Below the pieces are notes generated by a model that worked only from the letters and a program-made list of their open reading frames with translations, did no database searches and was not told the origin of the DNA. The position numbers and the translations under genes are program-made. Source: an uncultured Hormoscilla sp. (GTDB lineage: Bacteria; Cyanobacteriota; Cyanobacteriia; Cyanobacteriales; Desertifilaceae). Taken from it: a DNA stretch of 64,000 nt. Numbering within the stretch: position 1 is the stretch's first letter; each line of letters opens with the position of its first letter. Positions 52,585 through 63,423 of the stretch are shown here, one piece after another. The stretch covers positions 128,001 to 192,000 of the forward strand of contig OZ001293.3 of NCBI GenBank assembly GCA_963921275.4, read 5' to 3'.

Positions 52585-54348
52585 TCATTCTTCATCCAGA
52601 AGTGGTAAGCTGTAACCGATAACTTGATAAACTTGGCGTTGCTCGAACAGATCGACTAAGTCGCGGTTGATTTTGTTGGCGGCGGCTTCCTTACGCATGA
52701 TTTTCAGCACGGTTTCCACGGAGAAGGGGTCCTTGTAGGGGCGATCAGGGGCTGCCAGAGCGTCATAAATATCAGCAACAGTGATAATCTGAGTTTGAAT
52801 CGGAATGTCTGGCTGCTTCAGACCTCGGGGGTAGCTGCTGCCATCCAGCTTTTCGTGGTGACCATAGGCAATAATGGGAATATCTTGGAGATGGGGAGTC
52901 CAGGGAAGGCGTTTGAGAAATTCGTAGGAGTGAGTGACATGCGCTTGGATTGCCAACCGTTCTGCTGGCGTCAGATTCCCCTTAGTAATCATCAGCTGAG
53001 CCATTTCTTCTGATGATACCAGTGGTTTTATCTGACCATCGACATCCAGATAAGTGTATTCAGAAATTGCCCTCAGTTGCTCTTCTACCTCTGGAGGTTT
53101 TACCTCAGACTCGTGATTTTCCCACAGTTCCGGTTCATTAACTTTAAGTAGTAGCTCCCAATAAGAATTCAGTTGCTCAATAGTCTGGGTCACTTGGGTA
53201 TCTAGTCGATCTAGCTGATGGCAGTGAGGACATTCCCGATCGCCCCCGTGGGTAGGATGATCTAGTAGATACTTGAACTTAGCTTGAGCGCATTCCATTT
53301 CCAGGGTCCGTTGTGCTAGAGCAAACCTGTGACGAATCACCTCTAAATGTTCGGGATATAGTTTTTTTCGCTTCTGCAAAATCGCTTCAGGAACCCCGAG
53401 TTTGCCAAAGTCGTGCAACAGGGAAGCGTAGCGAATTTGCATGATTTGGCGATCGCTCAACTGAATCGACCTCATTGGTCCAGTGGTCACAGCATTAACT
53501 TCTTTGCTGAGGGTGACTGTGAGTTTCGCCACCCGTTCCGAATGACCAGAGGTGATCGGGTCTCGGGCTTCTATCAACTGAACAGACGCCTTGACAAAGC
53601 CTTCAAACAGGTTTTCTATACTTTCTTGCAGGTGATTTCGTTCAATGGAAATTGCTGCCATCGACGCCAGACTGCGGACTATGCGCTCTTCTGATTGAGA
53701 ATAAGGCTGTGTCACGAGTAGGGCATTCTTATCTGTGATTACCGCCTCTGGCCTTACCTTGCGATTCAGCAGTTGCAGCACACCTATGATCTGGCCATTC
53801 TGGTTTTGCATGGGCAGCACCAACACCGAGCAAGTGCGGTAAGAAAAGTCGCGGTCAAAATTGCGGTCCAGTTGATAGGGGACTTCTGGTGGTAAATTAT
53901 AGGCATCGGCCAAATTTAAGCTTTCACCCGTGATTGCCACATACCCGGCCAAGCTTTTGGGGGTTATCGGCATGGCAAACTCCCGAAAGGAGGCCGTGGG
54001 CAGAGAATCGTTTTGCGCTGCCTTGAATAGCAACATATGAGTTTCATCCCTGCGATCGAGCAGATATACACTCCCAGCGTCACTACAAGTAATTTCCCGA
54101 CTCTTCTGTAAAATTAAATTTAGTAATTCCCCCAAGTCATAGCTGCCCGAAAGCGCCGTCCCTACACCCAGCAGTTGCTCAATCAGTTCAGCCCTACGTT
54201 CTGATTCGAGCCAGTGCCAGTCATCTTGGTTAAATACAGTCCCGAGATGCAATCCATCCATTTTTTCCTCCCTCTCTTGGTAGACCGCAGTTTGGCTCCC
54301 TAACTGGCGATCGCCAGATCGGTTGCCATCGGAGAGCGCTATGACCAT
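52585..54348 (-). CDS. GAF + HD-GYP phosphodiesterase
   Basis: GHSERV, LHDFGK, HHEKLDGSSYP, DIYDAL. Confidence 0.92.
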   Translation of the reverse strand: MVIALSDGNRSGDRQLGSQTAVYQEREEKMDGLHLGTVFNQDDWHWLESERRAELIEQLLGVGTALSGSYDLGELLNLILQKSREITCSDAGSVYLLDRRDETHMLLFKAAQNDSLPTASFREFAMPITPKSLAGYVAITGESLNLADAYNLPPEVPYQLDRNFDRDFSYRTCSVLVLPMQNQNGQIIGVLQLLNRKVRPEAVITDKNALLVTQPYSQSEERIVRSLASMAAISIERNHLQESIENLFEGFVKASVQLIEARDPITSGHSERVAKLTVTLSKEVNAVTTGPMRSIQLSDRQIMQIRYASLLHDFGKLGVPEAILQKRKKLYPEHLEVIRHRFALAQRTLEMECAQAKFKYLLDHPTHGGDRECPHCHQLDRLDTQVTQTIEQLNSYWELLLKVNEPELWENHESEVKPPEVEEQLRAISEYTYLDVDGQIKPLVSSEEMAQLMITKGNLTPAERLAIQAHVTHSYEFLKRLPWTPHLQDIPIIAYGHHEKLDGSSYPRGLKQPDIPIQTQIITVADIYDALAAPDRPYKDPFSVETVLKIMRKEAAANKINRDLVDLFEQRQVYQVIGYSLPLLDEE

Positions 54349-54559
54349 TATCCCTCATAGCCTAGGTAAAGGCATGTCAGTCAGCGATGCCTGAGGGGTT
54401 GCCTGCGTTGCATCCCGAAGGCCTCGAAGGTCAGCCGCGATGAATTTATCGTAGTCCTGCGGAGTCCAACCGTTCCAGGGAAGCCAAAATTAAACTTATT
54501 CTACCAACTTGCTTGAGTCGAGCGCTCTCACGCGGGGGAGAAAGTCCCCATAGAAAAAG

Positions 54560-54835
54560 TTAAACGGACAAGCTTCCTTGCCAGTGCGATCGCAGGGACT
54601 TTACCTGTTCGGATTCGCGGCGCGGCGGCGGCAAATCTTCGCCGCCTTCGCAAAAGGGATGGCATTTGCCCAGCCGCCGCAATGTCAGCCACAACGCCAG
54701 CGGCGACGGATGCGAACGAAAAACCGCTTTGGCGTATTCCGAACAAGTCGGCGAAAAACGGCAAGCGCCGCCCAGCCACGGCGACAATAAATATTGATAC
54801 GCCGCCAGCAGCCATCACGCCATGCGCCGCACGAG
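54560..54835 (-). pseudogene. yidD: YidD-like remnant
   Basis: *WLLAAYQYLLSPWLGGACRFSPTCSEYA...CHPF..GG.D. Confidence 0.8.
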
Positions 54836-55036
54836 GGCATCGGCCTGTTGCGCAAATAATTTAAAAAATTTAATTAGCATGTATTTGATGGGTAATCCGC
54901 ACTTTTTGAATATTTGAATTTTACCCTGTTTGCCAAATTTTTGCGAATAACAAAAAATGCGGCAAATACAAATTATTTGTAATAAATTACTTGTCCGCTC
55001 AGAATATTTTTCCTGTTTTATGCTATACTTTTCCAT

Positions 55037-55651
55037 ATGGAACACTCAAAATTAACCGCGATTTTATCCCAAAAAGGATATTGTCATCTTGCGGCGCAAT
55101 CAGCCGGGCAGGTTCATGCTCTAATTGACGCTCTGGGCAGAGTTTTCTTTACCACCGATGTAAAGGTTGTGCCCAACAGCAAAGCATTGGTAACTTCCGC
55201 CCGGGCATTGGATGTGCATACCGACCACCATCGGGCGCATTGGATACTGTGGCATTGCCTGGAACAAACGGACATCGGCGGGGAGAGCGTTCTGGTGGAT
55301 GCCATTCAAGCGTATCGGACGCTCGCCCCCGCCGACCAGAAGATGCTTTCGCAGGTTATACTGCTGGAGCATAAAATTTTTGACAAAGGCATGGATTTCT
55401 GCCCGCTGTTGTGGAAAGATAATGGGGCACTGAAGTTCTATTATTCTTTCTGGCTGGCAAAGAAAGACATGCCGCAGGATCAGAAAACGGCTTTTGACGC
55501 TTTCCGAAAAGCCGTGGATGCCCAAGAACGGACCATAATCAAGCTGGGCCAAGGGGATGTGCTTATTGTCGCAAACCATAGAATTCTACATGGAAGACGG
55601 GCAATAGAAGGACACCAAAAACGGCTGCTGAAAAGATATTGGATAGAATAA
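55037..55651 (+). CDS. TauD/TfdA-family Fe/2OG dioxygenase
   Basis: HTD; GGES.LVD; N.R.LHGR. Confidence 0.85.
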   Translation: MEHSKLTAILSQKGYCHLAAQSAGQVHALIDALGRVFFTTDVKVVPNSKALVTSARALDVHTDHHRAHWILWHCLEQTDIGGESVLVDAIQAYRTLAPADQKMLSQVILLEHKIFDKGMDFCPLLWKDNGALKFYYSFWLAKKDMPQDQKTAFDAFRKAVDAQERTIIKLGQGDVLIVANHRILHGRRAIEGHQKRLLKRYWIE

Positions 55652-55799
55652 CCGGGAAATTTTTCCCTAACCGCCGCTTGGCGGCGGAAACCCCGCGCCT
55701 TAAAACTCATCAATACCGCCAAATCCCAAAAACATTTGTTAAAAGTTAAAATTTTTAGTAGAATGAAATCTCATTTTTGACACACATGGAGGACTAACC

Positions 55800-56401
55800 A
55801 TGACAACAACTCTTGTACTGCCGGAATCGCTCACCGGTGATCGCGTGGATTTTCTGCAAGCCAAGGGCATTTTTGATACACATGGAGGACTAACCATGAC
55901 AACAACTCTTGTACTGCCGGAATCGCTCACCGGTGATCGCGTGGATTTTCTGCAAGCCAAGGGCATTGACGAAGACATTGCTCGCGTCGATTTGGAGATG
56001 GTCAAAATGAAACTGGCCGAACCCGAAGAAGGCGCGGGCTGGAATGCTGAGCAAACCAACGATGCCGAAATCGAATACAAACGGTATTTGACGCTCTGCC
56101 GAAAATACCCGTACCCCAAGTATTCCATCGTGCCCAACAAAATTATGGACACCATGTGGCACTACCACATTCTGGATACGCGGGCCTATGTTAAAGATTC
56201 GGAAGCAATCTTGGCGGTTATTTTCACCATTTCCCGTACTTTGGCATGCGCGGCAAAGACGATGAGGAGCAGCTCAAATCGTCTTTTGAAAAGACCAAGC
56301 AATTGTACGAGTCTCTATTCGGCGAACCGATGGCACGGGAAGGTGAAAGTAACTGCTGGCATGATTGCGAAGATCGATGCTGGCATGCGTGCTCGGACTA
56401 A
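55800..56401 (+). pseudogene. Glycine-rich-domain-like protein with Cys/Trp/His tail; 96-bp 5' duplication and frameshift near 56210
   Basis: EYKRYL, D.MWH.HILDT..Y, then GGYFHHFPYFG...CWHDCEDRCWHACSD. Confidence 0.75.
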
Positions 56402-56454
56402 ATAAAAATGCGGCGCATTTTTATTTAAATTTTCCCGTATTGACATCCCGCCGA

Positions 56455-56568
56455 TTATTGCCGCCGCCACTGCGTTGCGCTGGCGGCATCTTCCAGCACA
56501 ATGCCGGCATCGGCCAATTGTTTGCGAATAGAATCGGCGGCGGCAAAATCGCGCCGCACCGCATCTCT
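56455..56568 (-). pseudogene. C-terminal fragment of a second, foreign-type cysS
   Basis: RRDFAAADSIRKQLADAGIVLED...TQWRR. Confidence 0.75.
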
Positions 56569-56689
56569 ATTCTCAAACTCAAACATACTTATACTCAAGA
56601 GGTTTTCAATTGACAAGCAATCTGTTCTTTTTTGTAGTCGTAGGCAGATTTTCAAACCCAAATCAATTCGCAGAGAACAATGTTATTGA

Positions 56690-56802
56690 TTAAACAATAT
56701 TCTCCATCAGCAACCATTTTTTCTATGAATTGGGATGCTTTTTCACTCGGGGTCATCCTGTACTAAATAGCGTACCAGAACATTAGTATCTATTCCTTTC
56801 AT
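56690..56802 (-). pseudogene. PIN toxin fragment
   Basis: MKGIDTNVLVRYLVQDDPE*. Confidence 0.7.
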
Positions 56803-57047
56803 TGCAGTTTTTCGCATACCCGTTGTTTTACTGCCGCATTCATCGCTTCTATGGAGATGGATTCCATGCCCTCGCGGTGTAGTATTCCTTTGAGAGACTG
56901 CACCTGGATCTTGGCCGGTTGGACTATCACCCGCCCGTCCGAGTCAATGATGAAGTCAATGGTATCTCGGGGGTTGAGTTTGAGGAAGTCTATGATCTCT
57001 CTGGGCACAGTAGTTTGCCCTGACTCAGCGATCGTAGCAATTGGCAT
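56799..57047 (-). CDS. AbrB/MazE-family antitoxin
   Basis: GQTTVP.EI...L.L...D.I.F. Confidence 0.85.
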   Translation of the reverse strand: MPIATIAESGQTTVPREIIDFLKLNPRDTIDFIIDSDGRVIVQPAKIQVQSLKGILHREGMESISIEAMNAAVKQRVCEKLQ

Positions 57048-57402
57048 TTTACTTTTCCTGACCAGTTGTTCTTTCCTTTATTCTAAACCATAACTAGAAG
57101 GATATCAATTTTGTTAACTGCAAAAGTTGGTGTAAGTCTAGGACATCTGTCAAGTATTGGCAGAAACCGGTTTTTTTGTCATGGGAACGACGAGTATTAA
57201 TGCCCTATGACTTGATAAACCCGGTTTCTTAACCGATTCCTTCTGGGTTCTTGCTTTGTCTCACGTGCGATCGCGGCTATCCATTTTATATTATATCACA
57301 GGGTTCAAAACTGATGTATAAATTAGCGGAGGCCATCTGAACCAAGAGCCCAGAAACCAGGTTTTCCGCAAAAACCTGGTTTCTTAATTCATATATATGC
57401 GC

Positions 57403-57798
57403 TCAATTAAGTTTGGCAATCAATTGTTCTACTCGTTCCTTAATTTCATCCCGAACCCGGTGAAAGGTTTCCATCGGTTGCCCGTCGGGGTCGTCTAATT
57501 GCCAATCTTCAAAGATTTCTCGCATCACCCAAGCTTCTGGCAAGTTGACGCCGCAGCCACACAGAGAAATTACGGCATCGTACTCTTCCGGGTTAAAATC
57601 AGTTAATGGCTTAGAAGTCTGGTCGCTGATATCAATTTCAATTTCATCCATGACTTGAATGGCTGTAGGATGAACTCTGCTGGCTTCTAGTCCGGAACTG
57701 GTAACGGCAATTTGGCCCGTTCCTAGCTGACGAGCAAATCCTTCTGCCATCTGAGAACGACAGCTGTTTCTCTTGCAAACAAACATGACTTTTTTCAT
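57403..57798 (-). CDS. arsC: Arsenate reductase (LMW-PTP fold, cyanobacterial type)
   Basis: CKRNSCRSQMAEG, SLCGC. Confidence 0.93.
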   Translation of the reverse strand: MKKVMFVCKRNSCRSQMAEGFARQLGTGQIAVTSSGLEASRVHPTAIQVMDEIEIDISDQTSKPLTDFNPEEYDAVISLCGCGVNLPEAWVMREIFEDWQLDDPDGQPMETFHRVRDEIKERVEQLIAKLN

Positions 57799-57818
57799 TT
57801 TTGTCTTCCATTAAACAA

Positions 57819-58535
57819 TTATTTTATATCCCGAAATCCATGGGAAAGTTGCCCATAGAATATCACTGCTAATTGGGCTCCTAAAATGGGGGCTACCCAA
57901 TAAACCCAATGATGCTGCCAAATGCTCGCAACTACGGCGGGACCGAGCGATCGGGCTGGGTTCATGCTGGCTCCGGTAATTGGCCCCATACAGGTGGCTT
58001 CTAATCCGACTGTTAGCCCGATCGCTATCCCGGCAAAACCATTCGGAGAGCGGCGATCGAGCCCACTTCCTAAGATAACAAACATCAGGATAAAGGTGAG
58101 AATTGTTTCCAGGACTAATGCTTGCCACCAGTTCCCATTTAATGGTTGGGTGGCGCCCAGATCGGCTACGGCACCTAGGGTGAGCAGCAGTAAGGCCGAA
58201 GCGGCGATCGCTCCTAGGCATTGAGCCAAGATATAGGGTAGTACCTTGCGGGTGGGAAAAAAGCCACTTGACCAGAGACCTAGGGTTACAGCTGGGTTAA
58301 TATGCGCTCCGCTGATGTGCCCTGTGGTATAAATTAAAGCGGCTACCACTGCCCCAAACACGAAGCTGATGCCCAGATGAGTCAAGGCTCCATCTGCTAT
58401 CTGATTTACCATCACAGCACCCGTGCCCACAAACACTAAAACGAAAGTGTCTATGGCCTCTACCACTGCCTCTTGCCAGCAATGGGAAACCGCGTTCCAC
58501 AGATTCTTTTTAATTCCCTGTTTTTTCCCGATCAC
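57819..58535 (-). CDS. MIP aquaporin, probable arsenite channel
   Basis: Two NPA motifs; adjacent to arsC. Confidence 0.92.
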   Translation of the reverse strand: MIGKKQGIKKNLWNAVSHCWQEAVVEAIDTFVLVFVGTGAVMVNQIADGALTHLGISFVFGAVVAALIYTTGHISGAHINPAVTLGLWSSGFFPTRKVLPYILAQCLGAIAASALLLLTLGAVADLGATQPLNGNWWQALVLETILTFILMFVILGSGLDRRSPNGFAGIAIGLTVGLEATCMGPITGASMNPARSLGPAVVASIWQHHWVYWVAPILGAQLAVIFYGQLSHGFRDIK

Positions 58536-59212
58536 GATGTTATTCTTTCCCTGTCAATGAACAGCAAATTATACCATTTGAATTTAATCATGATACAGTT
58601 AGTAGCAACACCTCAATTATCTCATAACCCTGTTGCCGATCCCCCCCAACCGGTAGCAGGGAGCAGGGAGCAGGGAGCAGGGAGCAGGGAGCAAGGAGCA
58701 GGGAGCTTTGAGAAATGTTAAGAAATATGTGAGTAAGGCATAGCTTATTAAGGGGGGTTTGGGGGGATCTTAACTGTTTCATCGCCAATAAAATTTGTAT
58801 TATCTACTTAAAACTCTGCTTGTTTTTTCAACACTTCTCCAATGGTCAGGTCTGACATGGCTGCGCCACGCTACGCGATCTGACTTGCCCCCATATACTG
58901 TTCACCTTCACTTGATAAAAATTATGGTAGAGCAAGTTATAACTGCGTGTGAAGAAAGGCACGTAGCGACATCATTTACTACTCCCGGTGCGTTTTTCAT
59001 GTAAAAATCCACGAAATCTACTATCGCTGGGTTGTTCTGAGCAACTTCGGCATTGATGTAGATAGACAGTGGGCGGGCCAGGGATTGATAAGTACCCCGG
59101 CTGCAAGACCCAGAAACCAGGTATATGGGAAAAACCTGGTTTCTTAATTCAAACCACCTTATCGCTTTTATTCCTCGAATAAAGGCGATCGCCCTCTAAT
59201 CTTCAGCGATCT

Positions 59213-60403
59213 TTAACAACAGCTGCTTTCTGGCCCACAGCAATCACTTGCATCCTTATTCACCCGATAATTCATTCCTTTAGTTTCCCGGGGGTGGCGG
59301 ATGCTGGGGCGAGAACAATCAAATACTCCCGCCTTTTCTAAAGGAATCTCTACATAGGGTTCTACGGGCAAGAAATCGCCATTATATGGATCATTAGGGT
59401 TAGTCAAGATGTGGAAAGTCTTGTCACAAACTGCTGTCCGCTTGCCCCGCTCGTAAGTATGTCCGTCATCATCCAACACCTGTTTCCAAGGTCCAGTATA
59501 AATCACTGCCTGATTCCGTTCCCAGCAAGGACCATCCTTCCCCTTAAAAGCTTGCACCGTCACAGAACGAAATTAAATTCCGTCAATCACTTGCCAAGGT
59601 TCCGACTGGCGGCTGAGAATTTCCATCCCATAAAAACCCGCTTGTGCAAACATTTCCACAAACGCATCTTCCCGGAAAGCACCCGCAATACAGCTACTCC
59701 ACAGTTGCGGGTCATTGATAATTTCCGCAGTCGGGTCTTCATCGCAGACAATATCAGAAATCACGGCCCGTCCACCCCGTTTCAGGACGCGATATATTTC
59801 GGCAAACAGCTGTTTTTTATCTTGGGGACGCACCAAATTTAACACGCAATTAGAAACTACCACGTCAACGCTATTATCTGCGATCAGGGGCTGTTCTTGC
59901 CGCAGCCGATCGCATTCGGCCTCAAGCTTGGCCACATCTTCGATCGAAGTAATCGGATGTTCGGACAACCACCGTTGTACCGCCTCTAAATCCAAAGCCA
60001 AGTCTTGAATTTTTCCCTTGAAAAACCGCACATTATGGTATCCAATCTGTTTGGCAATATTATCTTGATATTTCTTGGCCAAGGTCAGCATTTCATCATT
60101 GAAATCAACCCCGATCGCCTTGCCCTGCGGACCCACTTTCTGAGCTAAAATATAGCAAATCTTGCCCGAACCAGAACCCAAATCCACCACCGTTTCGCCT
60201 GGCTTGACGTAGCGACTGGGGTCGCCACAACCATAATCTTTCTCAATGATTTCTGCTGGCAGGATATCCAGATATTCGCTCTCGTATTTAGTAGGGCAAC
60301 ACAGACCATCCTCTACCTGACGCGCACCTGCTTGGTAACGCTCTAACACAGTGCTTTCGATATCATAGGCAGTTGTTGGCATTTCAGTCAAACTTTCCAT
60401 CAT
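59213..60403 (-). pseudogene. ArsM-like SAM methyltransferase with in-frame TAA at 59573
   Basis: YGCGDP, DLGSGSG, SNCVLNL; GI*FRSVTV; CC tail. Confidence 0.8.
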
Positions 60404-60578
60404 TGTTCTCTCTTTTGGACAATTATATCCTACAATTGCTATTTTACTAGTAAATTATGGCTAGATTAATTTTTCCTGAAAATTCGCGAGCAGCAGTTAA
60501 GAATAAGCTGAGCTGCGGTTAATATCGAGCACCTTCGACTGCTTTTGCAGATGGTCGCACGGCACCTTTGCCTCGGTC

Positions 60579-60693
60579 GGGTGCATCTTTGTCAATTGAG
60601 AATTGTTGATGATTTTTCATGACCTTCGCAATTAGCTCGGTTATATTTGCAATAATCGGTTTTCATTTGCAAAGACAAAGGTGAGATGCTCCT
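60579..60693. mobile_element. Degenerate GGGTGCATC-family MITE
   Basis: gggtgcatct...agatgctcct; no clear TSD. Confidence 0.55.
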
Positions 60694-60824
60694 TTTGCGC
60701 CTCCCGTACGATCTACTGTTGCTATTATCTCAAGAGTTTTATTATGTTTGTCGGAACCGCCGTTCGCGCTAGCGTGGCGCCAGCTACTCTAATTATATCA
60801 AGTTTTTTACATATCAAGTTAAGG

Positions 60825-61069
60825 GACTCTTCGGTACTTACTATGGTATTTTATGAGGCCATTGATGATGTAAGGCTTGCAGTGCAAAGGAAAGATGCTA
60901 TAAACTTACTTTTTTTGATAATTATTGGGCGATGTCACTTGACAAGGGTGATATTCTATTTAGACACCCTTGTCAAGTGACCTTGTTGCTTGATTCGCCA
61001 AAACCTTGCGTAGCAATACTTTAGGGGCTTTTTCACGGCTAGATATAGCTTCCCTTGTACCGAAGAGCC
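60825..61069. mobile_element. ISL3-like MITE
   Basis: TIR G(G/A)CTCTTCGGTAC; 8-bp TSD AGTTAAGG. Confidence 0.8.
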
Positions 61070-61178
61070 AGTTAAGGAAAGTTTAAGACTTGCCGGGTTA
61101 ACCCTAGGTTTGTAGTGATCCACTGTACTTTACGGCTACTCTCCGGCAAAGGACTAAAGTCCTTACTACGAACGGCAG

Positions 61179-61511
61179 TCATAAATCAGATGGGGAGACG
61201 AGGCGATTTGTCAAGCGTTGGATGACCAGTTGCACTGCTAAAGCTAACAGACCCAGGGTCGCGATCGCAAAAATTCCGGTTCCCAAGGCACTCAGACCGA
61301 CTATCAGGGTACGAACGGCGGCAGCAATATTGAGAGTAATGGGGTTGGTGGAGTGGATGGGTTTGTCAGCGAAGTTCTGAGCAATAGATGCCGTGAGCAA
61401 ATAAAAAGCAGTGGCGCAGGCCCCACTGATAACTGCGCCACTGATGCAGCGCCAGGGACTCGTCTTGTCTGGCGCTGTCGGAGATTCTGTTTTTGGGTTC
61501 TTCTCAGTCAT
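61179..61511 (-). CDS. DUF3082-like membrane protein
   Basis: NI..AVRTL..GL..L.T.IF; follows ispE. Confidence 0.8.
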   Translation of the reverse strand: MTEKNPKTESPTAPDKTSPWRCISGAVISGACATAFYLLTASIAQNFADKPIHSTNPITLNIAAAVRTLIVGLSALGTGIFAIATLGLLALAVQLVIQRLTNRLVSPSDL

Positions 61512-61526
61512 TGGTCACAACTTGGA

Positions 61527-62471
61527 TTATTTTGCTATCCGAATGCCTGTGGGGGTAAACTTGGTTACCCACAGATCTAACTCAGGGTCGGAAATTGCCT
61601 GCTTTACAGTTTCCTTTACTAATTGGGCCTGTTCTGGGGTTTCTGTCAGAGCAAAGATGGTGGGACCAGACCCGGACATAATTGTCCCCAATACCCCCGC
61701 TTGCTCAAATGCTGCTTTCAGTTGCATTAACTGCGGATATTCGGGAAAGACTACTCGCTCAAAGTCGTTGTGCAGTAACTTGCCGATTTGGGTACTATCA
61801 AAATGGGCGATCGCCCTTACCATCGGACCGGAATGGACTTTTTCCCAGCAGGCTGCTAAACTTTGGGCATCTGTAATGTAACAATCGCTCTCATTTTCCC
61901 GGTAGGTTTGATATGCCCAAGGGGTAGAGATCGTCAGATTACGGTATTTTGCCAAGACTACATAGATACTATCTAGATCTGGTAAGGGAGAGAGCTTTTC
62001 TCCCCGTCCCGTGGCCAGTGCTGTCCCACCCATAACACAGAATGGTACGTCCGATCCTAACTGGGCTGCTAAAGTTTGTAATTCTGCTTGAGTTAGTCCC
62101 AACTGCCAAATTAAATCTAAGCCCACCAGGACCCCTGCGGCATTAGTGGACCCCCCTGCTAGTCCCGCTGCTACGGGTATTTGTTTGTCTATGGTAATGT
62201 CAATGCCTCCATATTTGGCAAAGGCGTCCGGGAATTCGGTTTTCATCAGTTCGGCGGCCCGGTAGGCCAGGTTCGTGCGATCGGACGGCACTTGGGGATG
62301 GTCGCAATGGACGCGAATGCTATCATTGCCAGACAGACGCAAATCGATTTTATCAACCAGGTCGATGCTTTGGAAGACTGTCGCCAGTTCGTGATAGCCG
62401 TCGGACCGCGAGCCAATAATTTCCAGATACAGATTTATCTTCGCAGCAGCTTCTAAAGAGTAAGAGTGCAT
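61527..62471 (-). CDS. ispE: 4-diphosphocytidyl-2-C-methyl-D-erythritol kinase
   Basis: AKINLYL, IPVAAGLAGGS, GSDVPF, MSGSGPT. Confidence 0.97.
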   Translation of the reverse strand: MHSYSLEAAAKINLYLEIIGSRSDGYHELATVFQSIDLVDKIDLRLSGNDSIRVHCDHPQVPSDRTNLAYRAAELMKTEFPDAFAKYGGIDITIDKQIPVAAGLAGGSTNAAGVLVGLDLIWQLGLTQAELQTLAAQLGSDVPFCVMGGTALATGRGEKLSPLPDLDSIYVVLAKYRNLTISTPWAYQTYRENESDCYITDAQSLAACWEKVHSGPMVRAIAHFDSTQIGKLLHNDFERVVFPEYPQLMQLKAAFEQAGVLGTIMSGSGPTIFALTETPEQAQLVKETVKQAISDPELDLWVTKFTPTGIRIAK

Positions 62472-62489
62472 GATGATTAGTGAGCTGAA

Positions 62490-63268
62490 TTATAACCATT
62501 CTATTTTACGGGCTGCTTCTGGGAGTTTAGCTTCTTGTTGACCTCTAGATCGCGCTTTGGCTGTAAACAGACCAATGTACTTACCAAGTCGAGAACAGTT
62601 GCTTTGCCGAGGGTAGCCTTGACCATTGTGATTGGCAACTCTTTGAGCAACCACCGACTCAGGCCATAGTTCTCGTCTCGCCAAGTCATTTCTGGCATTA
62701 ATTTTACCCCGTGCAGTTCGTGCAGGTAAAGATTCGATCGACCATACCTGCGCCATTGACTTTCCAGTTCCTTCATTGACTGGCGATGACGGTGCTGTAC
62801 AATGGCTGTGGGGATGGGCTAGAGTATGTTTTTGGGATAGGGTATTCTGGCGATCAGCATATTGTTCTAGAAAGGTTTTTCCTGGCAGGGCCAATATCTC
62901 TCCGGCTACAATTCCTATACTGGGGTTGCTAAAAGGGCAATTAGGTTTTCTAACTAATCGGGTTGGGGGCGACAATCGGCATCGGTAAATGCTAGAATAT
63001 TACCAGTGGCTGCTTTGATACCCCGATTGCGAGCAGCATAGGAGCTTTGGATTTCCAATTCCGTCAGGTGTTTAATTGCTAGTGTCTGGTCCGATGCTGC
63101 TTGCAGGATATCAGGCGTGCGATCGCTACTCCTATTGTCTATCAGCAAATACTCTACTCGCGCTGCCGGGAAGCGCTGCTCTCTCAAGCATGACAGCAAC
63201 TCTGGCAAGTCTGCCTCTCCATTATATACTGGGACTATAACTGAAACCTTAAATTTTTCTTTGTTCAT
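62490..63268 (-). pseudogene. Family 2 glycosyltransferase (nonsense, frameshift, deletion)
   Basis: VIVPVYN, AARN.G, FTDADC, then PD*LENL. Confidence 0.8.
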
Positions 63269-63423
63269 TTTTTTGCTAACTGCACGATTTGTGTTATTAT
63301 CTTTATGGGAAACCGATGCTTGCTGCCGGCACTAGGCACAGATTTCCCATTATGAAAAAAAGCCGATCAGAAAATGTCAACTTTGGCAACCCCTTTTTTC
63401 AGATCGGGAGGGCAAGGTAGGGG

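Noticed and set aside
54360..54490. c-di-GMP riboswitch upstream of the HD-GYP gene
   Set aside because: GC-rich, but I could not find the consensus motifs
54805..54820. TGA in yidD as evidence of an alternative genetic code
   Set aside because: Single instance; neighbouring island genes use TGG for Trp; simple pseudogenisation is more likely
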